NCBI GenBank assembly: GCA_002269645.1
Contig: NIVC01001551.1
Location: 205,279 to 269,278 of the forward strand
Length of the DNA: 64,000 nt
Direction of reading: 5' to 3'
DNA from: Macrostomum lignano
Taxonomy: Eukaryota
Part shown: positions 23,619 through 43,300 of the stretch, piece by piece
How positions within the stretch are numbered: position 1 is the stretch's first letter
Layout: each line of letters starts with the position of its first letter
Made by a program: the position numbers and the translations under genes
The notes under the pieces: model-generated
Database searches by the model: none
The model's input: only the letters and a program-made list of their open reading frames with translations
Told to the model about the DNA's origin: nothing

Positions 23619-24611
23619 ATGAGATTTTTAAAGACAATTTCGTCCGTTTTACTGCTGAGTGTCGCAGCAGCAGCAGCTGCTGCTGTTGCAATCGACAGTG
23701 CATTTGACGATATCAGCAGCCAGTGGACGGCTGACTCAGGATCGGCATCAAGGTGGGACGAAGACTTCGAGAAAGAATTCAGCAATCGTTTTGGAATCTC
23801 TCGACCGAGGCGCTCGGACTCAGTGGAAAAGAGCGACGAGTTTAGGGTTGGAAAAGGGGCAGAGAAAAGGCCCGGCTTTAAAAATTGGAAGTTTGATGGC
23901 GAGACATCACGAAAGCGACGTCGCGAACACGGCAGACGCGAAGAAGAACGTCGCGAACACGGCAGACGCGGAGAGGGACGTCGCGAACACGGCAGACGCG
24001 GAGAGGGACGTCGCGAACACGGCAGACGCGGAAAAGGACATCGCCAACACGACAGACGTGGAAAAGAACGTCGCGAACACGGCAGACGCAGAAAAGGACG
24101 TCGCGAACATGACAGACGTGGAAAGGGACGTCGCGAACGCAGCAGACGAGGAGAGGGACGTCGCGAACATGACAGACGTGGAAAGGGACGTCGCGAACGC
24201 AGCAGACGAGGAGAGGGACGTCGCGAACATGACAGACGTGGAAAGGGACGTCGCGAACACGGAAGACGCGGAGAGGGACGTCGCGAACATGACAGACGCG
24301 AAGAGGAACGTCGCGAACACGGAAGACGCGGAAAGGGACGTCGCGAACACGGCAGACGCGGAGAGGGACGTCGCGAACGCGGCAGACGTGGAAAGGGACG
24401 TCGCGAACGCGGCAGACGCAGAAAAGGACGTCGCGAACACGGCAGACGTGGCGAGGGACGTCGCGAACTCGAAAGACGTGGAAAGGGACGTCGCGGACAT
24501 GAAGACCGATATAGACACTACAGGCATGGAAACAGACATAATAAGCAGGGTCGATTTAAACCGGGCAAGAGACGCAATGGGCACAGAGAGGATTCAAGAA
24601 CTCGCGAGTGA
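23619..24611 (+). CDS. Secreted protein D: signal peptide, acidic pro-region, RKRR site, about 19 RREHGRRGEG decapeptides; 330 aa, unknown family
   Basis: True ATG at 23619 ([24 protein letters not shown]). Repeat variation includes synonymous changes in this frame (cgc/cgt/cga, cac/cat). AATAAA at 24737-24742. Confidence 0.8.
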   Translation: MRFLKTISSVLLLSVAAAAAAAVAIDSAFDDISSQWTADSGSASRWDEDFEKEFSNRFGISRPRRSDSVEKSDEFRVGKGAEKRPGFKNWKFDGETSRKRRREHGRREEERREHGRRGEGRREHGRRGEGRREHGRRGKGHRQHDRRGKERREHGRRRKGRREHDRRGKGRRERSRRGEGRREHDRRGKGRRERSRRGEGRREHDRRGKGRREHGRRGEGRREHDRREEERREHGRRGKGRREHGRRGEGRRERGRRGKGRRERGRRRKGRREHGRRGEGRRELERRGKGRRGHEDRYRHYRHGNRHNKQGRFKPGKRRNGHREDSRTRE

Positions 24612-24944
24612 ATGAATCTTGCGAAGGGCTCCGAAGTCAGTGACTTCTACAGGCCCACAATAGAGTTGAGTTTATGACACAATGATTTCGCAGGTGAAAG
24701 GGTGAACTTTTAAATTTAGCTAATGTTTTATCAAATAATAAACGGAATGTTGACAAATCGATTTTAAATCTTTGATTCATCATCAGAACGATTATAAGAG
24801 CTATATACTCGTGTATATTAACACTAGCACGGTTACCAAAGCAATAAGAGACAAATGAGAATGAACGATCAAAAGCGGATCACAGACAAGCATTAATTGT
24901 ATTGGAGCAGCCAGTTCAATTCGAGTGCCAGTTAAAAGCTCGGA

Positions 24945-33535
<8,591 letters not shown>

Positions 33536-34526
33536 TTGCCACGTACATGAATTTAATCGGAATTGATTTTTAATTTTTTTATCTTAAATAAGTATTCATT
33601 TGCGATTTAATATACCATATTGAATAAGCTTATTAAAACGAATAGGTAATAAATAATACAGATGTTCTCAATAAATATAATTTTTTAATAAGCCTTTAAA
33701 GAAGTTTTTGTATCAAAGTGCTAGTTAGATTTTTGGGATTTCTAGAATTGTTGGATATTAAAATATAAATTAATTATCACACAATAGCTATGAACCTCAT
33801 TTTATGCGAATCAAAAGATTTTTAACTAGCATAAAAAACTCTGACAGTATGAACAACATAATATAAAACTTTGAATCACTATGCCAAATTGAGAATTAGT
33901 AAATTTTTACTTTGCCTTTATTTCTACAATGTGTTATGCCTAGCAGGTAAGCAGGATGATAGATATGTTGTTTGATATTATTGGTTAATCAAAATGTTTT
34001 TTGTAAAGAATGAAAGCTGGCGAAAAATAATTTTCTTTTTCTAAAATATTCTAATAAATGCAACATTAATTCATTATAAAATATATTTGAATTTATAAGT
34101 GCATGTATGCATCAACAATGCATTGTTGTGCTTTGTACAAATAGTTAAAGAAATTTTCACTAATACACTATCATTAAACGTATCGTTCATTAGTTGCTAT
34201 TCCATTTCAGAGAAATAATAAGTATGATTATGATATGAAGTATGAACTGATATATTAAAACTAGCTACGCTCGTATATTGAAATTTAATAACATCCGATG
34301 ACTCAAACTGAACATGTGTCGTTTGCAATAGATTCAGATGAACGGGGAATAATCTTTACTTATGAATACGACGTAATCTTTTAAAAAACCTGAACTTTTA
34401 TTTAGAAAACAATATAAATATATTACTTTTTGTAGATTCGGAATTTTTGTTTTATTTTTCTTCGGTGTAGCGTTTCAGCAATCAGCGTTTCAGCAATCGG
34501 AGCTTTTGTTTCAAGTCACTTATGAA

Positions 34527-34723
34527 CAGGGGCGTAGGGAGGGGGATAGGGGGATGTACCCCCCCCCCCGAAGAGCCTGACCAAAACTTTTTTGTTGGCC
34601 CTTTGTTGCTATACATGCTACCATATTACTCTGTCATAGCACTTTTACCTTGGTGTATCCCCCCGTAGAAAATTCACCTTGGTGTTATCCCCCCGTAGCC
34701 GGAAATTCCTGGCTATGCCCCTG
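34527..34723. mobile_element. Non-autonomous hAT-type MITE, 197 bp
   Basis: TIRs caggggcgtag / ctatgcccctg (10 of 11 match). Perfect 8-bp TSD cttatgaa at 34519-34526 and 34724-34731. Confidence 0.85.
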
Positions 34724-36904
34724 CTTATGAATATAGGTTTCTCGGATAAATATACTATTTTTCCGATTTTTACTCCTAAATTACTTTAAAAATTCTTTTT
34801 TGCCTAATCGCTTGTCATGCAATGACATGTATTATCTAAATATACTAAATCTCTAAGGTTTGTATGCTTGAATGAATGAATGTCCATAACGCTCTAGAGA
34901 CTGCAATTCTTCACCGATTTTGATCGCGTTTTCGCCAAAATCATTCTACTATTTTTCAAGTTGTTGAATATACTGAAGCTGCATGGTTGAACGAAAAGAC
35001 GAATGATCAGAATTGAAAACAATATTTCACTTTACAGGCCCTGAATCTGACTAATAATGGACTCGAATATGTTGGGAAAATGCAAACATTTATTTAACTA
35101 TCATGAATGCGAGTAGCGCTCCAGATCTACTATAAACTATGACGATAATGAAATACCAAAATTGATTTGTATTTGAGCTAAGTTAAACAAAAAGACTACA
35201 TGAAATTATGCGCATTTCCAGGTCCTTCGATAGAATTAGGAAATCGATATGAAATAAGGATCGATGGATTGCTATAAGCAGCGAAATGTCGATTATAGCT
35301 GAATTATGGCATTTACTATACGATGGTCGAATTATCAATGCATGTATGCCTTTCAATCAACCCTTTTTCTTTAGAGAATAAGAGCGTTCTAGCTACAAGT
35401 ATGTAGTAGTCAGTATATAGTAAATGCTACTGAATGTACCGCGAGCGTGTACATGTAATTCGTACAAGCTACTAATTGAGTACGTATAGATGCTTCCTTC
35501 CCCGTTCCAAAAAAGCAAATTAAGTGAGCAACTCCCGAGAAGGTTCTGTTGAAGATCAGTGCAAAAGCAAAATAAGAAACCAAAAAACAGAGTCGATATA
35601 TTTTTTGTTTAACGTTTTAAGTCACGAAAACGATTCTAGAGGCATGCAGAAATTACTCACAAGTGCACATTTTTATCATAGTAGAAATTTTTATTAGAAA
35701 TTTGGTCAGCCGCAGCTTATATAGGCATGCAGAGTCCGGCTAATATCACAAAAACACCAAATAAAGGACAAACAAAAGGCTGAGTCAAAAAAACAGATGG
35801 TGGTTGGTCGTGGGATTCATGCGTTAAAATCAAAACTGAGCGATCGTAAAAACGCGCGGTTATTTAAGCTCGATTAATTTATCCAGTTGCTTGGCAACAA
35901 TTAAAGTTGCAGTGCGGTGCAGCTGTTGCCAACTGTACAGAGAATTACTAAGCTCGATAGTGAGGCATCTGTGAAACGCCAAGGTGGCTCGGCAATGGCA
36001 ACAGGCAGGCATGCAGGCTGGCAAGTGCAGACAATCTGCATTGCTGCATGGTTGCAGGCATTGTGATTCCTTTGATCGATAAAACTAATGCCAGAAATCA
36101 AACGCACAAAATTTAAACTAAAATAAGTGTGAGCGCATGCTTTGACGCCTACTGTGAGAGTGTGAGTAGCAATATTCGACAGTGCAAGTAAAATATATGA
36201 GAGAAACTGTAAAGCATTCAGCATTGACTCCCGCCTTCGGTGCCTATCCTATTAGAGAGACATAAAACCACCTTAATTAGATAGACATTAGCAAAGGTGA
36301 CATTTTGAATTAAAATCAATAATATGTGTAAGATGGCCATCTAATATGGGATTAATTAGATAGGATAAAAGGGGAAGGCAAAATTTCAACCGAGGCTTAC
36401 ATTACAGAAAACAGCAAAAAAACAGCAAGTAAAGAGGGGACGCGGACACAGCACGCATTGCTATGGACACGAGTCTGCATTGATTTCGGTGCATTGTTGC
36501 GTTGAAGGCCGCGAGAATTCAGTTAAAAAACAACTGCTTCTGCTTCAGCAGGCCATGAGCACGAGTCATTTTGTATTCAATTGAGGTTTGGATGCGCAAT
36601 GGTCAAATAGAAGTGACAGACAAAGTCTAAAACTGCTAAACAAGATTGCCCGGCAAGATGAACGAGTAAAAAATAAATTTATAAAAAAGATTTCTAATGG
36701 GTAAGCAAACAGCTTTGAATTGAAAAAAGGTGCACTCAATAAAGTACTTCATCATTACATGGTGCTGCAGAAAGGGCAGTATTTACAAATTCATTGGTGA
36801 GACAGTCGGGTTCAGTGAGACAGCGAAACACCGCATTGAGTGAGTTGCAGGTATATAAGATTATTTGATTGCAGTTTTTACGGGGAGAGAAAGGGATAGG
36901 GCAG

Positions 36905-37047
36905 CGGACAGACAGGCAGACAGGCAGACAGACAGGCAGACCGACACAGTCAGACAGACACTAAGACAAACAGACAGACACTAAGACAGACAGACAGACA
37001 CAGACAGACAGACACTGAGACAGACACTAAGACAGACACTAAAACAG

Positions 37048-37082
<35 letters not shown>

Positions 37083-37101
37083 GACAGGCAGACAGACAGA
37101 A

Positions 37102-37144
<43 letters not shown>

Positions 37145-37145
37145 A

Positions 37146-37202
<57 letters not shown>

Positions 37203-37300
37203 GGCAGGCAGACAGACAGACAGACAGACAGACAGGCAGACAGACAGACAGACAGGCAGACAGACAGACAGACAGGCAGACAGACAGACAGACAGACAGG
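36905..37300. repeat. (GACA)n-type microsatellite downstream of frizzled
   Basis: Directly visible. Confidence 0.95.
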
Positions 37301-37337
37301 CAGGAGCCGCAGGGATGGTCAGTCAGGGGCGCAGCTG

Positions 37338-40300
37338 TCAGACGTGAGACATCTGGTTGCCAGCCGACTGCGGCAGCAGCGGCAGCGGCGGCTGCCCCGG
37401 GGCCTGGCTGAACTTGTAGTGCGACCGCGGGTCCCCAGTCAGGCTGACAGCAGCAGCCGACGCCGCCGCCTGCGCCTGCGCCGCAGCGCCGCCGTCAAGG
37501 ACGAAGTGATGACCGCCAGCTGATGGGCGGCTGTAGGCTCCGCCGCCGCCACCGCCGCCACCGCCGCCGCCGCAGCCGGTGCAGCAGAACAGGCGGCCAA
37601 GAAACTGACGCCAGGTGTGCAGAGTCTTGCCGGACCAGACCCACACCCCGCTGGTGATGCCAACGGCCAGCTGCATGAACTGGCGCAGCATGAACACGCC
37701 GTACTCCGGCTCCGCGGCGGGCTTCTCCCCCGGGCAGCGGCAGGCCTTGTCCTGCAGCCAGCGCTCACGCATCTGCGACTCGTAGAAATGGCAGGCGATG
37801 ACCACGGAGGCTGGCAGGGTGTACAGGATGGAGAAGATCCCGATGCGGATCATCAGCTTCTCCAGCTTGTAGGTCTTGGCGCTGGCCTGCTGCTTGATGA
37901 CCGACCGGATGCGGAACAGGGCCACGAAGCCGGTGAGCAGGAAGACGCTGCCGATGAGCAGGTAGGTAACCAGGGGCAGCAGCACGAACAGGCGCATGGC
38001 GGTGAGGTTCGTGTTGCCAACAGAGCAGATTCCGGAGATCGGGTCGCCGTCAACTAGGGAGAAGGTCAGGACCAGGATGAACTTCACGATTGGCAGCACC
38101 CAGGCGATGCAGTGGAACACCTGCGGCGGGAGGTGGGAGTGGAGCTTTGAGTAATCGATATTTTTTACTGAATATTATTGATTTGTCAACTGCAAGGTAA
38201 AAAAATATTTATTACTACTTTGTGCGAATTTTTGAGAATAGAAAACTGCCTATCATTTGCCCGCTCCTCTCCTCTCCTCTCCTCTCCTCTCCTCTCCTCT
38301 CCTCTCCTCTCCTCTCCTCTCCTCTCCTCTCCTCTCCTCTCCTCTCCTCTCCTCTCCTCTCCTCTCCTCTCCTCTCCTCTCCTCTCCTCTCCTCTCCTCT
38401 CCTCTCCTCTCCTCTCCTCTCCTCTCCTCTCCTCTCCTCTCCTCTCCTCTCCTCTCCTCTCCTCTCCTCTCCTCTCCTCTCCTCTCCTCTCCTCTCCTCT
38501 CCTCTCCTCTCCTCTCCTCTCCTCTCCTCTCCTCTCCTCTCCTCTCCTCTCCTCTCCTCTCCTCTCCTCTCCTCTCCTCTCCTCTCCTCTCCTCTCCTCT
38601 CCTCTCCTCTCCTCTCCTCTCCTCTCCTCTCCTCCTCTCCTCTCCTCTCCTCTCCTCTCCTCTCCTCTCCTCTCCTCTCCTCTCCTCTCCATCTCCATCC
38701 CATCCCATCCCATCCCATCCATCCCATCTCATCCCATCCCATCCCATCCCATCCCATCCCATCCATCCATCCCATCTCATCCCATCCCATCCCATCCCAT
38801 CCCATCCCATCCATCCCATCCCATCTCATCCCATCCCATCCCATCCCATCCCATCCCATCCCATCCCATCCCATCCCATCCCATCCATCCCATCCCAACC
38901 CATCCCATCCCATCCCATCCCATCCCATCCATCCCATCCCATCCATCCCATCCCATCCCATCCCATCCCATCCCCCATCCCATCCCATCCCATCCCATCC
39001 CATCCCATCCCATCCCATCCCATCCCAACCCATCCCATCCCATCCCATCTCCTAATTCCAAGCCAAAGCATCGCCAAGCGCAGCCGCAGCGCTGCAGTCT
39101 CACCTCGCTGTACTTGGCGATGGCCTCGCTGCCCCACTTGAGCCCGGCCGCCAGGAACCAGGCCACGCACAGCATGACCCACCACACGCAGCTGGCCATG
39201 CCGAACAGGTAGGTCAGCAGGAACACCACGGTGCACAGCCACGGTCCAGACGATCCGTAGCGCAGCACCCGACCGTCGCAGGCGATGGTCTGCGGTCCCA
39301 CGGCCAGGCGGACAATGTAACCAGCTGACACCATGACGTAACAGGCAGACAGCATCACAATGGGCCGCTCTGGATAGTTGAACCGCTTAGAGTTAATTAG
39401 AAAGGTGAGCACAGTAACGGTGGAACTGACGGCGCACAATATCGACCACATGCCGATCCAGACGCTCGCGAACTGCCGGTCACGATCCTTCTCGGAGAAG
39501 AACAGCCCCTCGCAGGGCATGGCGCAGTTCGGTAGGCCGGCAGTGTACACCTTGTTGTAGTGTGCCTCGTTCTCCGTCAGCTGCACCAGCGGCGCCTGGC
39601 AGTGGCACTCGCAGGAGGCCGGCGCCGAGCCGTATGAGGTGTCCGTGTCTGGTGGCAGCGTGGTGACCGGCTGCGAGGTACTCGTGTGGTTGACGTCCAT
39701 GCACAGCGTGTCAGGATCGCCGTAGTCTGCGGTGGAGAGACAGGACACTGTTGGGGTGGTGCTGCCTTACTGCTGTTGGGTCATGGTTATCCCCGGTGGG
39801 TCAGGGTTCTGTCCAATGGGTCAGGGTTCTCTCCAATGGGTCATGGTTATCACCGGCGGGTCAGGGTTCTCTCCAATGGGTCATGGCTATCACCGGTGGG
39901 TCAGGGTTCCTTCCAATGGGTCATGGTTATCACCGGCGGGTCAGGGTTCTCTCCAATGGGTCATGGCTATCACCGGTGGGTCAGGGTTCCTTCCAATGGG
40001 TCATGGTTATCACCGGCGGGTCACGGTTCTCCCCAATGGGTCATGGTTATCACCGGCGGGTCAGGGTTCTCTCCAATGGGTCATGGTTATCACCGGCGGG
40101 TCAGGGTTCTCTCCAATGGGTCATGGCTATCACCGGTGGGTCAGGGTTCCTTCCAATGGGTCATGGTTATCACCGGCGGGTCAGGGTTCTCTCCAATGGG
40201 TCATGGCTATCACCGGTGGGTCAGGGTTCCTTCCAATGGGTCATGGTTATCACCGGCGGGTCACGGTTCTCCCCAATGGGTCATGGTTATCACCGGCGGG

Positions 40301-43300
40301 TCAGGGTTCTCTCCAATGGGTCATGGTTATCACTAATGGGTCAGGGTTCTCTCCAATGGGTCATGGTTATCACCAATGGGTCAGGGTTCTGTCCAATGGG
40401 TCAGGGTTCTCTCCAATGGGTCATGGTTATCACCAATGGGTCAGGGTTCTGTCCAATGGGTCAGGGTTCTCTCCAATGGGTCATGGTTATCACTAATGGG
40501 TCAGGGTTCTCTCCAATGGGTCATGATTATCACCGGCGGGTCAGGGTTCTCTCCAATGGGTCATGGTTATCACCAATGGGTCAGGGTTCTGTCCAATGGG
40601 TCAGGGTTCTCTCCAATGGGTCATGGTTATCACCAATGGGTCAGGATTCTCTCCAATGGGTCAGGGTTCTCTCCAATGGGTCATGGTTGTCACCAATGGG
40701 TCAGGGTTCTCTCCAATGGGTCATGGTTATCACCAATGGGTCAGGGTTCTCTCCAATGGGTCATGGTTATCACCGGCGGGTTGGGGTTCTCTCCAATGGG
40801 TCATGGTTATCACCGGCGGGTCAGGGTTCTCTCCAATGGGTCAGGGTTCTCTCCAATGGGTCATGGTTATCACCAATGGGTCAGGGTTCTCTCCAATGGG
40901 TCAGGGTTCTCACCGGCGGGTCAGGATTCTCTCCAATGGGTTAGGGTTCTCTCCAATGGGTCAGGGTTCTCTCCAATGGGTCATGGTTATCACCGGCGGG
41001 TCAGGGTTCTCTCCAATGGGTCATGGTTATCACCGGCGGGTCAGGATTCTCTCCAATGGGTCAGGGTTCTCTCCAATGGGTCATGGTTATCACCAATGGG
41101 TCAGGGTTTTCTCCAATGGATCATGGTTATCACCGGCGGGTCAGGGTTCTCTCCAATGGGTCAGGGTTCTCTCCAATGGGTCAGGGTTCTCTTCAATGGG
41201 TCAGGGTTCTCACCGGCGGGTCAGGATTCTCTCCAATGGGTCATGGTTATCACCGGCGGGTCAGGGTTCTCTCCAATGGGTCAGGGTTCTCTCCAATGGG
41301 TCATGGTTATCACCAATGGGTCAGGATTCTCTCCAATGGGTCATGGTTATCACCAATGGGTCAGGATTCTCTCCAATGGGTCATGGTTATCACCAATGGG
41401 TCAGGGTTCTCTCCAATGGGTCATGGTTATCACCGGCGGGTCAGGGTTCTCTCCAATGGGTCATGGTTATCACCGGCGGGTTGGGGTTCTCTTCAATGGG
41501 TCAGGCTTATGTCTAGTTAAGTCAAAGACCTTTCCAATGGATCAAGATTTGCGTAAAAAGGTCGAGTTTTATTCTCAGTGGCTGATAGAATCAAGTTAGT
41601 CACAGATGAGTAATCTCGAACAACCTCCCCTCCCTATAAAAGGTCTGTAAAAGTGAAGCTCAAAAATTTCCCATTCAGAAGGAGAGTCAGGCTGAAAGCT
41701 CCCAGAGACTTGGCTGGTGGAGTACCTGCTGCGGAGGCTTGGGGTGCCTCTAAAAAACTACTCTTTCTATTTTTGTATCTCAATGGGCCGATGCGACCCC
41801 ATTGTGCCGGCTCAAAGCTAAGAGGAAAGGGGAAGTGGCTGCCGCTGTGGACTCGGCATTTTTTACTTTTTTTAAAAGAAACTCATTTTTTCTTGCCCGA
41901 TGAGGACAATGCAAGCGTTTTGCTGTGTCGGCGACAAAAAATTCTTGGGATGATGCGCTGCCTACCTATTCTCCCTCTTCAGCTCCTCCAGTTGGTCCCT
42001 TCTTGAAAAAGAAGGCACAATGGGGCCTGCAGCTTATTTATTCATTTCAAAGCGGCAAAGAGGTGGGACCGGCTGGCCGGGTGGCTGCGGACATCAATAG
42101 ACGTGTTGCCGACGGAATGAAATATGAAATTTTTGTTTCCAGAAATTTCCCTCACCATCTCTATTCTATACTTGTATGCTAATGAGAGAGCGGCATGCCA
42201 AAAACCTTTGTCTCCTTGCTTGTTATGTCTGCTGTAGCTAAACATAGACTTATTGGTAGATAGATCTGACCAATTGGTAGATAGATCTGACCAATTGGTA
42301 GATAGATTTGACCAATCGGTAGATAGATCTGCTCAATCGGTAGATAGATCTGTTAAATCGGTAGATAGATCTGCTCAATCGGTAGGTAGATCTGCTCAAT
42401 CGGTAGGTAGATCTGCTCAATCGGTAGGTAGATCTCACCTGGCAGTTTAGAGCAGTCCATCTTTTCTGGCCAGCTGAACCCGTACTGTCGCATCAGCGGC
42501 GCGCAGCCCTTCTTGGCGCGCAGGCAGACGGAGCGGCAGGCCGGCAGGTGCCTGTCGTAGTTGTGCATGCAGATTGGCACGTACATGCTGCAGAGGAAAA
42601 AGCGCAGGTCCTGGCTGCACGAGATTTCCACCAGCGGCCAGAACTGATGCACCTGCAAAGAGGAGAGCGAGTTGAAGTGCAGGGGGTTAAAAGTCTAGCT
42701 AAAATTAATAGGGAGAATAATCCATATTGTTCATTTGTCCATCAAAACTTCAGGATGTTCAGGAATCATTACAGTAGTTCAGGAATCATTACAGTAGTTC
42801 AGGAATCATTACAGTAGTTCAGGAATCATTACAGTAGTTCAGGAATCATTACAGTAGTTCAGGAATCATTACTGTAGTTTAGGAATCATTACAGTAGTTC
42901 AGGAATCATTACTGTAGTTCAGGAATCATTACAGTAGTTCAGGAATCATTACTGTAGTTTAGGAATCATTACTGTAGTTTAGGAATCATTACAGTAGTTC
43001 AGGAATCATTACTGTAGTTTAGGAATCATTACTGTAGTTTAGGAATCATTACTGTAGTTTAGGAATCATTACTGTAGTTCAGGAATCATTACAGTAGTTC
43101 AGGAATCATTACAGTAGTTCAGGAATCATTACAGTAGTTCAGGAATCATTACAGTAGTTCAGGAATCATTACAGTAGTTCAGGAATCATTACTGTAGTTC
43201 AGGAATCATTACTGTAGTTCAGGAATCATTACTGTAGTTCAGGAATCATTACAGTAGTTCAGGAATCATTACTGTAGTTCAGGAATCATTACTGTAGTTC

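Noticed and set aside
23659-24615. Acidic DVANTADAER frame as the real gene
   Set aside because: Non-ATG start and no signal peptide. Unit variation is more often synonymous in the Arg-rich frame.
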